A stretch of 64,000 nucleotides of DNA from Monocercomonoides exilis PA203 (taxonomy: Eukaryota > Protista > Preaxostyla): contig LSRY02000030.1 in NCBI GenBank assembly GCA_001643675.2, positions 186,001-250,000 of the forward strand, given 5' to 3'. The notes beneath the pieces were generated by a model that saw only the letters and a list, made by a program, of their open reading frames with translations, made no database searches and was not told the origin of the DNA. Position 1 is the stretch's first letter. The number at the start of each line of letters is the position of its first letter. The position numbers and the translations under genes are program-made. Positions 1-12,300 of this stretch are shown piece after piece.

Positions 1-1
1 A

Positions 2-3000
2 GGATCAACGAGTGCATCTCCTCAGGGAACGCATCAAACAACCCCAAAAGCAACTCCTCAAATATCTCTTCATTCATCTGCGCCAACAACACCAACAACA
101 CCAGCTACACCAACAACACCAGCAACACCAGCCACTTCGCAAACGCATTCGCCAAACTCGATTTTGAGCTTGCTGCCTTTGCGACAGCAAAAGAGCCAAT
201 CGAACTCTTCCATTGACAACCTGAGAGCTGCAAAAGCGGCAATGTCAAAATCATTGTCTCCTCTTTTGCAAATGTCATCGCCTTTGCAGTCTGGCATATC
301 GTTACAATCAAACTCACCCCTCTCGAATTATTCTCCTACAGCATCGCTTAGCAATCTTCTTTCTTCTTCGTCTTCTATTTCTTCGAATTCATTGAGCGAA
401 AAGCAGAGCACACAGTATTTGTGGAATGCACGGGGATCATCGCTGAGCCCTTCCATGTCAGCATCTCCGCAGTTGCTGGCATGCTCTCCATCAAGCTCCA
501 TTGCGACTCCTCCTTCCTCGCTGCACTCTCCTGCCTCAAACAAAAACTCTCCTGCGAACAAAGCTTTGCATCCATTAGGAGAGGTACATTCACTGGCTAA
601 GCTGTTCAACAGGGTGGATGAGTCATTTCCGCCTTCTCGTTTGGAGAGTGCTGCCAGAGCACAGGAATGTGGCTCAAACATTGACGACATCAATTTCTTC
701 CCTTCAGAGTTGTCGAATATTCAGGCAACTTCTGTTGGCTCGAAGAAAGTCTGCACAAAGACAACATCTTCTCCGAATGACAAAAGATTTTCATCTTCAT
801 TGTTGAGTCCTGTTCTTTCATTTCCTCAGTTTCAGGCAGCTAACCCAACAACTTCAACAACCGATAACTCATCTCCTTCAGTGCCATCAATTTCTAGTGC
901 TATTGAGCCATCTGAAAAGTCTGCTTCATCTGTGCAGTCAAGAGAGCATGAATCAATTCTGTTTCCACACTCATCAGAGGAGAAGCAGTCTCCGATTGAT
1001 AAAGGATTGAAGGAGAATGAAAGAGATGGCAAATCTTCTTCTTCTTCTTCTTCTTCTTTCGCAAATTCAATTGGAAGCGATAAATGTGAGCGAGAAGAGA
1101 AAAAGGATGGAAACAATTCAGAGAATGGAAATGATGCTTTGAAAGAAACAATTGAAAGAGATGTTGGAGAGGACAATCTAAAAGAGGGAGAAGAGAGAGA
1201 GGAAAAAGAAGAAAAAGAAGAAAAAGAAGAAAAAGAAGAAAAAGAAGAAAAAGAAGAAAAAGAAGAAAAAGAAGAAAAAGAAGAAAAAGAAACAACAGAA
1301 GAGAAGAAAGATTCAGAAAAGCCGAATGTTGAGAAAACGTCCAAAAAGAAAGGTTCAAAATCAAGAAAAAGGCAAAGCCAGAAGCAAAACCCGAAACAGA
1401 AAGCAGACAAAAATAAAGAAGCGAAAAGAGGAAAAAGCAAAAAAGCAGAAGATGAAAAAGAGCAGACCAAAAATGAGGGTTCTTCAAAGGAAACGAAGTG
1501 GAATAATTTTGGGCGAGTTTACAGAACAAGACATAACAGCAGTTTTGAGGAAGAAGGTACTTCAGCTGTTGGAAGTCAATCAGAAGGAACTAAAAATGAA
1601 CAAATGGAGGGAAATGAGAAAGAAAAGAGTGAAAGAAAGGAGACAGAAGAAAAGGATGAAAAAGAAGAGGAAAAAGGTGCAGGAAAAGAGGCAGCGGAGA
1701 ATGTTGGAAAAGCAAAAGAAAGTGATTCAAATGTGAAAGGCGATGAGAAAGCTGAAGCGAGCCATGAAGAAAAGAAAATGCAAAAGAACAAAAATAAGGA
1801 AAAACAAAAGAAAAAGAAAGAGAAAAAGACTTATTCAAAAACAACTTTGAGAATGTCGACTCGAAGCAGCGAAGCGACTTCATTAATGCTTTCATCCGCA
1901 CAGCCATCTCTTTCAGAGTCAGCAGCTTCGACAGCTGGCAACACATCTTTGTTGAACACTTCGACTGAATTTGTCAATGGTGCACAAAGTAAAATGCCGA
2001 TCAAAACATTATCTGAGGCAAAAACAGTGAAGTCATTGAAAATCACGATGAAGAAGCGGACAGAGCCAAAAGCTGAGGCGGAAGCAGTTACAGAAACAGA
2101 GACACTTCCGGAAGAAAAATTGAGACGAACTGAAATAGAAACAGATTCTGAACAAGCTGAAAAAGCAAAAGTTGCATTGACAGAAACAATGGCTGAACAA
2201 GGAACAGAACCACAACCAGAACTACAACCAGAACTACAACCAGAACCAGAACCAGAAACAAAAGTTGAGGAAAAAGATATGACCAAAGAAATCAAAGATG
2301 AACATTTGAAAACAAATGATAAAGAAGACACGTCTGATAAATCTCCCTTTGATGAATCGGAGAGTGAAGACAAAGACAAATTTTGTGAAGAAAAAGAAGA
2401 AGACCAGACAGGACCAAAATCAGAAGAGGAGAGAGAGATATCTGTGAAAGAAAACAAACCTGAGCAAGTGATCGACAACGGTCAAATTGAGGAGGATGCT
2501 TTTGGAGTTGAGAATGATGATTTGAATATTGACTCCAAAGAGGAACTCAATGTTTGTGTTTCAGAAGCAATGCAGAAAGCTGATGAGCGTGTTGAGGAGG
2601 AAAAAGATACAGAAGAGGGGAATGGAACGAATGAAGGAAAAGATGAAAATGAACTCAAAAGAAAAGAGAAAGAAAAAATAACAGAAAAATCCATTGATTC
2701 AGCATTGAACAGTACAAAAAATGAAAACAATGAAGCAAACAAGAAGAATGAGACTGAAAAGCAGCAGACAGACTCAATTGGGCAGGAAGACGAAGAGGCG
2801 CATTCATCAGCACCAAAAATGGCTGTTCCGAAAAAGAATTTCCCGAAACTCCGTCCTCATCGACCAGGAGCCGGTTCAAACTCGATCAGCCACAGTTCAA
2901 CTCCTTCGTTGACTCCTCCTTTGTATGAAGGCGGAGAGGTGTTTCATCCGCTTCGTTTGGGCTCGAATTCGTTGCACAAGCAATCAGTTTCATTGTTTCA

Positions 3001-4549
3001 GCACAAAGGCGCTCAGCCTGCTGGTTTGAACCGAAATGAGCCGAACAAAATGAAATCATCAAACGGTTCTTTGCCGGAAGACGAGGCACAGCTTCGAAAG
3101 CATTCATCTCCTCATTCTCATTCTCATTCAGCACACTCATCATCGTATTCATCGCTTGTTTTAGCGCCATCCTCATCCTTCAGTGAAGAAGCAGATTCAA
3201 CTCACAACATCACAAAATCATCTGAACAAAAAGATCATTCGAATTTGGCTCATCATCCGTCTTCTGCATATTGCTTGTCTTCATCATCATCAGCACAATC
3301 GAATGCAAATGCGACATCAGGTGAATCAGAAGAAGGATCTTCCTCCTCACTGGGTGACAGTGAAAGCCGTTTCGACGAAAGAAGCGTTGCAGGCGAATTT
3401 GAAGCTCATTCCGCTCCATCTCCGCTTTGTTGTTCGTATCCTTCTGTTTTCTTTGATGACCCGAGTTTTCCTTGCATTCTTTTTTTGGACTCTGTTGGGA
3501 TGCATCGGCAATCGTCGTATTACTCGAGCCATGCGCAGCTTATCCGACAGTTTCTGGGGATATTGTGTGTTGGCAGGGAGGGTGAGAATGGGGAGGAGAT
3601 GGAGTGTGTGCTGTTTGACGAGTGGAACATGCCAGGGTTTGCTCCGACTGTCCCGCGGCAGCGGAACTCGACAGATTGCGGGATTTATGTTCTGAAGTTC
3701 TTTGAAGAGTTCATGAGGGGTATTTCGAGGCAGGCGGTGGGTGGGGAGGAGAAAGGAGGTTCGGAAGGGGATGGAGATGAATTGAGTGGAGAGCGGCAGT
3801 TTGTTGGGAGGAGGCCTCTGAACTGGGAGCTTGCTGTGGACGATGGGGATGGTGACCCAGCTTTGCTGAAGCTTGGGAATGGGGACTATGTGATGAGTAT
3901 GAAGGATGTGATGAATATTTCACCAGGCATTGCGGATTGTTCACTTCCAGGAACAAAGTTCTTTGCGAAGTCTCAGAGGCCATTTGCGAATCGAGGGTAT
4001 GCTACACCGCAATCGACTTCTTCGTTGTCATCTTCATCGTTGTCTTCATCCCGATCTCCATCTCCATCGACTAATGTGGATGGCTCAGGAGCATCTTCGT
4101 CTCCGACAAAGCATTCTCCTTTGCCAGACACTTCACGGGTGGCTGCAAAATGGAATGTGCACACTCCATCTTTGACAACAAATAGCTTCTTTTTGTCTCC
4201 TTTCTTGAACAATCATTCGAGTTCAACTGCTCATTTTGACACTTTTCACAATGCGCCAATTCGCTCACCTTCGTTTTCGATGAGTCCGTTTGATCCTTCT
4301 GAATGGATTGCGCTGCGGCAGCTTTATCTTTTTCGTTATGACTTGGAGGATCTCATTTTTTCGTTGATTGATTTGAACGGGCGATATTTCGACCATAATC
4401 ACCAGAATAAAAATGGTTCGACTTTCTCTCCATTTCGGTGGTTGGTCGACAGAATGGACAAAACAGCAGCATTTTATGGTTGCATCGATGACGGTTCATC
4501 GGCAGGGGGCTTGAAATATCGGAATGATGTTGGTGTGCTGTTTCATTAA
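2..4549 (+). CDS. Ulp1/C48-family SUMO protease, SENP6/SENP7/Ulp2-like (5' end lies upstream of the window)
   Basis: The frame is open from nt 2 (GSTSASPQG...) to TAA at 4547-4549. PCILFLDS (~3470-3493) matches SENP6/7 PCIL(L/I)xDS with the catalytic Asp. VPRQRNSTDCGIYVLKFFEEF (~3650-3712) matches the C48 QxNxxDCG motif with the oxyanion Gln and catalytic Cys. The His-Trp motif is not in the window. Confidence 0.85.
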   Translation, partial: GSTSASPQGTHQTTPKATPQISLHSSAPTTPTTPATPTTPATPATSQTHSPNSILSLLPLRQQKSQSNSSIDNLRAAKAAMSKSLSPLLQMSSPLQSGISLQSNSPLSNYSPTASLSNLLSSSSSISSNSLSEKQSTQYLWNARGSSLSPSMSASPQLLACSPSSSIATPPSSLHSPASNKNSPANKALHPLGEVHSLAKLFNRVDESFPPSRLESAARAQECGSNIDDINFFPSELSNIQATSVGSKKVCTKTTSSPNDKRFSSSLLSPVLSFPQFQAANPTTSTTDNSSPSVPSISSAIEPSEKSASSVQSREHESILFPHSSEEKQSPIDKGLKENERDGKSSSSSSSSFANSIGSDKCEREEKKDGNNSENGNDALKETIERDVGEDNLKEGEEREEKEEKEEKEEKEEKEEKEEKEEKEEKEEKETTEEKKDSEKPNVEKTSKKKGSKSRKRQSQKQNPKQKADKNKEAKRGKSKKAEDEKEQTKNEGSSKETKWNNFGRVYRTRHNSSFEEEGTSAVGSQSEGTKNEQMEGNEKEKSERKETEEKDEKEEEKGAGKEAAENVGKAKESDSNVKGDEKAEASHEEKKMQKNKNKEKQKKKKEKKTYSKTTLRMSTRSSEATSLMLSSAQPSLSESAASTAGNTSLLNTSTEFVNGAQSKMPIKTLSEAKTVKSLKITMKKRTEPKAEAEAVTETETLPEEKLRRTEIETDSEQAEKAKVALTETMAEQGTEPQPELQPELQPEPEPETKVEEKDMTKEIKDEHLKTNDKEDTSDKSPFDESESEDKDKFCEEKEEDQTGPKSEEEREISVKENKPEQVIDNGQIEEDAFGVENDDLNIDSKEELNVCVSEAMQKADERVEEEKDTEEGNGTNEGKDENELKRKEKEKITEKSIDSALNSTKNENNEANKKNETEKQQTDSIGQEDEEAHSSAPKMAVPKKNFPKLRPHRPGAGSNSISHSSTPSLTPPLYEGGEVFHPLRLGSNSLHKQSVSLFQHKGAQPAGLNRNEPNKMKSSNGSLPEDEAQLRKHSSPHSHSHSAHSSSYSSLVLAPSSSFSEEADSTHNITKSSEQKDHSNLAHHPSSAYCLSSSSSAQSNANATSGESEEGSSSSLGDSESRFDERSVAGEFEAHSAPSPLCCSYPSVFFDDPSFPCILFLDSVGMHRQSSYYSSHAQLIRQFLGILCVGREGENGEEMECVLFDEWNMPGFAPTVPRQRNSTDCGIYVLKFFEEFMRGISRQAVGGEEKGGSEGDGDELSGERQFVGRRPLNWELAVDDGDGDPALLKLGNGDYVMSMKDVMNISPGIADCSLPGTKFFAKSQRPFANRGYATPQSTSSLSSSSLSSSRSPSPSTNVDGSGASSSPTKHSPLPDTSRVAAKWNVHTPSLTTNSFFLSPFLNNHSSSTAHFDTFHNAPIRSPSFSMSPFDPSEWIALRQLYLFRYDLEDLIFSLIDLNGRYFDHNHQNKNGSTFSPFRWLVDRMDKTAAFYGCIDDGSSAGGLKYRNDVGVLFH
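1199..1291 (+). repeat. Coding tandem repeat (GAAGAAAAA)n encoding (EEK)n
   Basis: About 10 perfect 9-nt units, seen directly. Confidence 0.95.
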
Positions 4550-5937
4550 TCATTCAATGATTGCCGAACGAGAAAATGTGACTCATTCATGAAAAGTGAA
4601 TTATTTTTTCGAATGGTGAGTTTTTTTCACATCATTTATCATTACTTTTTTCTTTTTTAATTTTTTGAAATTAGAGTTATTTTCCATTTTGAGTTTGCGG
4701 AATTCTTTGTTTTATTGATTTTGAGTGAAAAGAAAGATTAAAATTTTACAAATTTGTTGATGATTCTAAATCTTCAAACGCGAGTGAAAAATGGGAAACT
4801 TTTACCAATTTTCAATGTGAATTTAATCATTTTTCGTTGGTATTTGCAAAAGAACATAGAAATGATATTTTTTGAAAGACAAAAAATATTCGTTTCTTTT
4901 TCGTCGCAATTAGAGAAATAATTCATCAATGAACGCACAAGTTGTTCTTTTTGAAGAATCGCAAATGTTCAATGATCTGATAAATGTAATAGGGTCATAT
5001 TTTAATAAGTACCCAGTTTTTTATTAGATCCAAAATTTTTTTATCTCATATTGCTTCATATAGAAGCTTTCATTCAATAAAAATAATTTTAAAACAAATA
5101 ATATATTATTATAAGGTTGTATTCCAAATAATTTTGAAAATTATTTCTTTAAAAAAAGATCTGTATTTTTTCAGTTTTATTTTTAGTCAATGTTTTGCTC
5201 GTGTTTCCATGAGTTTTTTAAACCAATTATTTTCCTTGTTAGCATTGTTTTTAAACTTTTCTTTTTAACATTTTTGGTTATCTTATAACTATAGAAACTC
5301 TTTTTTTTCGAACAATTTTCACACATCACCATTTTTTCATAAAACGAAAATTCAAACAAATGAAATTGTAATTTGCTACGTTGCTTGTTTTTCAAAGATA
5401 CATTAATTTATGTTGAATCATATATTAAAGCTTTCTTTGTATATTTCATGTGTATAAAAAGATAAACGTGAAAAACAAAATTTGACCCTATTTCATTTTT
5501 TGATCAAATTATTCAACAAACTAAGCTTATTTCACCTGTAGGCATCACATTACAAATTGGGAATATTAATGTGATTCAATTGTATTCATTGCAATTATTG
5601 ATTGTTAAACTTTATAATATATTTTATTTTAATAATAAGTTGTTCACAACTGATCGAAAAAAAAACATTTGTGGATTACATCAGATTTTCAATCTTTTTT
5701 TATTCACAAATCATTTTTGAATTGTATCTCTCATAACTTTTTTTAACTTTCACTAATTTCGCTAGAAAATGAAAATTCACATCTATGAACAAGCATCATT
5801 AATATAAAAAAATCACAATTAATAACTTTACAGTCAAATCCGGATTTAATTACCTCGCGTATTACACGACTATTTGAGACTAGATCCGATTGTGAAAAAA
5901 TGCGACACAGCCTTGCACAAAAAAAAAGCAAGAAAGC

Positions 5938-5969
<32 letters not shown>

Positions 5970-8900
5970 AAAAAGAAAAAATTTTAATGAATAAATGAAT
6001 TTATAAATTATTGATCAAATTATTTATTTTTTGTAAATTCGACATTAAAACGAATTTTTGACTTGCGAAAACAATTTTTATCATTAATAGACATTATTTT
6101 GACTTTTGAGCACATTTTTAAAAAAACGAAAAATTGAAATTTTTAATCAAAAAATTGTTTTTTAATTGAAATAATCAACCATAATGAAAACAATTGTAAT
6201 TTCATATTTTCAGCCCTGTGATTATATGCGATGGAAATTGAATGAAAAATTGGGAAAAATGTTGGTGCATGGAAAAATGTGACTATGAGCGAATATGGTT
6301 GTATTCGATGTAATTTTATCCGGTTTGGACTATATTTGAATTTGAAAAAAACAAACCTATTTTGTTCACAATTTTTCAAATAAAAAGTTATTTTTGTGTT
6401 CAAAAGTTATCATTAAAGAAGCTTGAAGTTCCATAATTTCACGCAAATTTTCGATCTTTCAATTTATTTACTCAACCTTAATCATGGCTTCATAGACCTT
6501 TTCATAAACATATAATTACAAGTTAGTTTACAAAAAAATTTTCAATCTCTTGTGATTGTTTTTGACTATTTAATTGCATGCTTCATTGTCAAAAAGTTTC
6601 AGAATAGTGATCCTTTTTCTGTCTTTAATTTCCAAAATAATTTTTTTTGTGTTTCATTTTTCAATTGTCGATATTTTTTATGAGTGTTTTTTCATTGTTA
6701 CGTTTCTTTATAATTTGATTTTTTATTCGACTGACCATAAAACTCATCACAAATAGAATAAACACTTAAACTTACGTTGTTTGTTATAAAGAGTTAAATT
6801 CAAAATGGATAACGAAAAACAAATTCTGTGAATTTCAATTTTTTGAGAATAAATAAATAAGTAGAATTTTTTATTAGAAAATAAAACATGAATGAATATT
6901 AGTTATTTTGATTCAATTCAGTTGAATCCTTTTTCAAAAAACCACATTCTATTGGAAACAATTTTTTAAAAAAAATACAGGAGTTCTTCAAAGGTTTCAA
7001 ACAAAATATTTTTTGATAACCCTTTCACAAAAAATAATTCATAACTTGTGTGTGATTATTTCAAAAATCGTTTCTATTTTGATATTAATAATGAATTGGT
7101 ATTCACATTAAAAATCCGATTGTTTTCACTCAAAAGTTTAAGATATGAAGATAAAAAAAAAGCGAATATTTTTGATGAGTACTTGACAAAATCAACTGCT
7201 TTTGGAGTTATTTCTTTTCATTGTTCATTTATGAAAAAATCAAATATATTATTTATTGGAAATTTTTAATAATTAAAATTTGGCTTTTTAATTCGACAAA
7301 AAAGACAAAAATGCCACTGTTTTTGTTTTAGTCGAAAATACTTCAGTCCGTTGTTTAAGTATTTGTTGGAAACAACTCTTCGATCCTGCTTAGTGATTTC
7401 AATATGTTTTCAAATATTGGTGTTTTGACAGTATAATTCTTTGATGTTTTTTACAAATTTATTAAAATGAAAGATTAGTTTTATTATTTTTCGAAAAAAG
7501 ATATTGTTGTGAATTTCAAAAATCAGTCATTTAAAACTTTCAAAATTACCTTTGTGGCATGTCTGGAGATAATCGAAACAATGATAAAAAGACTTACAAG
7601 ATTTTGAAGATTTGGGGGAAAATACGGTCTTTCAAGCTTTTTTTGCGCAATACAAAGAAAAATTGCTTCACTCATAACTTTGTTTCGCTTTCTTAGATTT
7701 CAAAATAAATTTGATTTTCAGATCCGTGAACAGGTATTGTTGAAATCAAAACAAAAAGTTATCCAACATTTCACGAATGTCAAAAAATGAATACATTTAT
7801 ATTGAGTTTTTTGATCACAAAAAGTCAATGAAAAGTGCATAATTTTTCAATGAAAATGCATGAAGTCAAATATTTTGCCCCATTTGTTAAAAATTGAATT
7901 TCTTTTCGTTTCCACAATTTTTGAAATTGCAAAAAATTATTTGTTAATCAACATGTGGAAGATATTTTATATTATCATATTTTTTCTTTCAAAAATTTCG
8001 CCTTGAATATTTGTTTTGAATGCACATAAAGCGAACTTTGAAAAGAAATTGATCGATTTTATGACGCATCTACAATTTTTTCTACTCTAACTTTGGCTTT
8101 TGTGACAATAATAATGCATTCAACATTCAAATGAAAATTATTTGGCTAATGATGAAAAACCTTTGGATATTCAATACACTGAAAAAAGAGATATAATCTC
8201 TATTATAATCACCTTTATTTTTCTAAATATCAAATTTGCAATTTCAACGATCAAACTCCCAACATTTATATTTTGATTGGCTTATTATTTCATTTGAAGA
8301 ATTTTTTTGTGACATATTGTTATTGACCATCAGTAAGGGTTGCTGAAAAAGTGGATAATAACAAAATTCTCATATTCTATTCACAAATCTTTTCCAAAGA
8401 GCTTTTTAAAGTCTTTGTGAGATTTTCATCTTTCGTTTATTTTTTAATATTTTTTCTTTTTGGTTCAATTATTTTTATTTTTTATTTGTAACTGACAACT
8501 GATTGAATAGCTTTTCGTGCAACAGAGGTCAACTTTTAAAGAGAAAAAACACACTTATCTTTTCTCTTTTATATATTATTCTTTGATTTGTTAAAATAAA
8601 AATTCAAACACTTCTCAAAAATTTTGACATTAACTTTTTTTATAAAATAAGAGTTCGATCAATATTTTTCATTCGTGCAGTATTTGACTTTCAAAAGATT
8701 AATTGTGTGATTTCAAAACAAAAAAATTCAAAAAAGAAGAATGATTCTCCTAATGAGAAGATTTCTGCTAATATCAACAAAAAATCAAATTCTCTCTAAC
8801 AAAAAAGAAGCACTTCACTCATCGAATCAACAAAATAAGAATACACATTTCTGAAATTAAAAAAAAAAAGAATTTCAACAAATGATTCGAAAAGGGTGAA

Positions 8901-9395
8901 AATGAAAGGAAATACAAAAGGTGTTGATTTTTAAAAAAATAACGCACAATCATGCAATTGAATTACAAATAGATATAAACTGAATATTTGTCGAACAAAA
9001 AACTAATCTCCGTGAACAGAAAACTCTTTTTCAAAATCACAAAAATAAAAGTTAACATCTAATTTCAATTAAAACGGAAATAGAAAACAATAATAAATGG
9101 GAGAAAAATCAAACTGAAGTGATGATGGGGAGCAAGCAAAACATAAGACACAAATACTATTATCCCAAACATAGCCAACTATCACATCGCTAACATACAT
9201 ATAAACATATAAACAAGAATTTTTAAAGAATAATTCAAGAATTAACAACAAAGCAAAAACTCATAGAATTGAAAATCTGTTCAAAAAAGATTCAAAAAGA
9301 CACAACAGCACGCTCAAGCAACAACAACAATATCATTTGTCCAATTATTTTTTCTGTTTATAAAATGCACCACATGGCTTGCCATCTTCTCTCAC
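4550..9395. other. ~4.8 kb very AT-rich intergenic region with no credible gene
   Basis: Only short F/K/I/N-rich ORFs expected from composition. It lies between the convergent 3' ends of the protease and the left receptor copy. Confidence 0.6.
5919..5980 (+). repeat. A-rich (AAAG)n microsatellite
   Basis: aaaaaaaaaagcaagaaagcaagaaagaaagaaag...aaaaagaaaaa. Confidence 0.9.
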
Positions 9396-12300
9396 TCACT
9401 GCACAAGAAGAACAATCCGACTGCTTCCTTCTGTTCCTTCTCCGTTTCCATTCCCACTTCCACAAGAGGGCTCCCTCTTGTTCCCATCTGCCGAATAGCA
9501 ACACAGTGCATCCGTCATCGTCATTATCAACGACCCTGCCGGAAACCGCTGGATGAACTCTCTCTTCAGCTCAGTCAGGCTCCCCCGCTCTCTCCAATCC
9601 TGCGACACACACTTCTTCACCAGCCCCAAATAGCTCGACTGCTCCGCCTCTCCCATCCCTGGCCTCTCCCCATTCACAATCTTCTGCCCTGCCACCTCTC
9701 CTTCATACTCCCCAAACGGAATTTGAAGAGTCAAACACTCCCAAAGCATCATCCCAATCGAAAACACCACCGACTCCTTTGTTGCCCCCATCTTCTTGTT
9801 CATCAGCAGCTCTGGCGCCATCCACCTCAAACACTCCTTTCTGTTGTATTCATCATCCTCAAACGCTGAAGAGGGCAGAGAATCATCATCATCATCATCA
9901 TCATCACTGGCAGATGTCACAACGGTCGATGACGAGGTTGAGGATGAGTCTGAATCTGAAGAAAAGTCGGAGTGCATCACAATACAAATGACCATGTGCT
10001 CAGAGAACAGAACAATGTGTGGGCTGAGATTGGAAAGTGACTGAAGTGGATTTTCCATTTCATCAAATGAGTGGAGTGCGAGATTCGCAACCCAAAAAAG
10101 AATTTGGGCAGCTGTTTGCTCTCTCTCCTGAAGAGTGCCTATCGCCATCTCCTTTGTCTTGTTCAGCCCATGCAACAACATGAATAGTGAATCCCTCAAG
10201 TCAACAATCAGCTTCTCATGAGGAGATGAACAGTCCATTGCATCCACCAGATTCGACATCGATGATGTGGTTAAGCACAGACTCTCTGTTCGAACAAATG
10301 ATGAATCTGAATCAGTTGTTGAAATGGATGAAATGGATGGCGAAGGTGTTCTCTTTCTCGAAATATCTTCTTCTTCATCTTTCTCCAGCATCCATTGAGG
10401 AATCTTGTCTGAGTCTCTTCCCAATATATATTCGGTTGATCCACTCTCTGACAGAAGATGCTCAGATGACTCTGAATGTTCCAGTGTCTTGTCATATACT
10501 CTTTTCTTCATTCTCTCTTCATTCTTCTTTTCTGCCTCCTTCTCTGCCCTCCTCCACTGCTCCTCTGGTGACATCTCCATCGTCACCATCTCAAATGCCT
10601 TCGGATCCTTCTTCACTGTGTCATTCACAATCTCTCTCAAGTCTTTTGCTTCATTCTTTGCCTTTCTCCATCGAACAACAAACAAAATAAATCCTATCAG
10701 AACGATCAAAAACAAAACAACAAATATCAGACAAAAAACAGCCCATGATGATTTCTCTTCTTTCCCTCCTTCAACGATCCTTTCATCTCCTTTTCCAACA
10801 CTTTCACTCCTGTTCTTCAGGATATATGGCTCTGTTGATGAAGGAGAGTCTGCTTTCCCAAACACAATCCACACACTCACTTCTGTCTCTTCTCTCACTT
10901 TCTCCAGTTCTGTACATGAAACAAACGTGTGAATCTCATTCTCTGACACAAACCCTTCTTCTTCAATCTCCTTTCTCACAATCTCCTCTTCATCCCCATT
11001 TTTCATGCTCATCTTCACCGACAAATCACATGGCAGAAGCAGCTTTCCCACAATCATCAACTCCAAATTCCCATTTGGCTGAGAAATATTCTTCACATCT
11101 TCCAAAATGGGGATGAAAAATGATGTCCTCTTTCTGAAGCTATCCCTCCCAATTCACATCCCTCATCCAATATCCACAATGATGTATTTCTTTCCCATCC
11201 ATCTCCCCCTTTCACACTCACAACATTCAACTCCCCATTCCCTTCACAAATCACATTCCTTCTGGCTGATGGATATCCCTCAATCGATGGGTTATTGTTC
11301 TCAAACTTTCCATTTTCAATCTTCACATTCCCTCCACTCACCCACAACCCACCTCCCTTGCCATTTCTGAATGTTGTTTCCCTCATCTCCACATTGCTCT
11401 TCTCAACATCAACCAATGACCCATTCCATTTGCATAACCCTTCTTTTCTATTGTTTTCTTCATTGGCAACCTCGATTTCTGTTTCTCCATCAAACACACA
11501 TATCTCAATCCTCACATTCTTGGAATTCCTGATCTGCATCATGCTTCCCTTATCAACTGAATTCTCACACTTTCCAAAAGAACTGTTCAGCACACTCACC
11601 TCTTGCTCGGCATCTTCCATCCCAATCACACACCCCTTTGATATCACAGTCACATTCTCAACTCTCATCTCTTTCATCTCCACTTTCACTTTCCCTCCAA
11701 CACTCACAGCATCTCCTTCACATTCAATATTCAATATTCTTGTTTCATCAATTGTCACTTCTGATTCTTCATGGAATGAAAGCACCGATCTTGTTGAATG
11801 AATATCTCTGAATGTTGAATCAAATATCTTCAGCTCTCCACTTTCCACACTCACAATCGAACTGTTCAACTTCATGAACTCAACTGCTGTTGTTGGGGAA
11901 GAGAAGAATTCACAATTTCTCATCTCCATTGACCCATTCTTCACCTTCATGAGATAATTGTGAGTTGACTCAAATCCATCTTCAAACTGGAATGAGCACC
12001 TCTCCACTGAACATTCATTCACAAACTCCATCACACAATCCTTCTCTGCTGATTTCTCAATTTTGGAGTTCAACCGAACAATCCCCTGTGTCCTTTTCAA
12101 TGAATTCACAACCAGATCTCCAATCACACACTCCTTCCTCACAAACCCTTCCCCATCAATCAGAATCCCATTCATCACCCCTTCCTCGATGTGCTCAACC
12201 CCACAGTCGATGCTCACACACGGATTGCTCTGTGATCCACACCCCCTCCCATCACTCCCTCTCCCACTCACAAACACCTGTGCCGAATAATAGAATGTGA

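Noticed and set aside
1199-1291. Regular repeats as a possible CRISPR-like array
   Set aside because: Head-to-tail coding microsatellite with no spacers; no repeat-spacer array or cas gene was seen in the window.
832-2478. Long antisense ORFs over low-complexity genes (also 13158-14234, 31127-31981, 41565-42410, 59475-60164)
   Set aside because: Shadows of purine-biased or simple-repeat coding strands.
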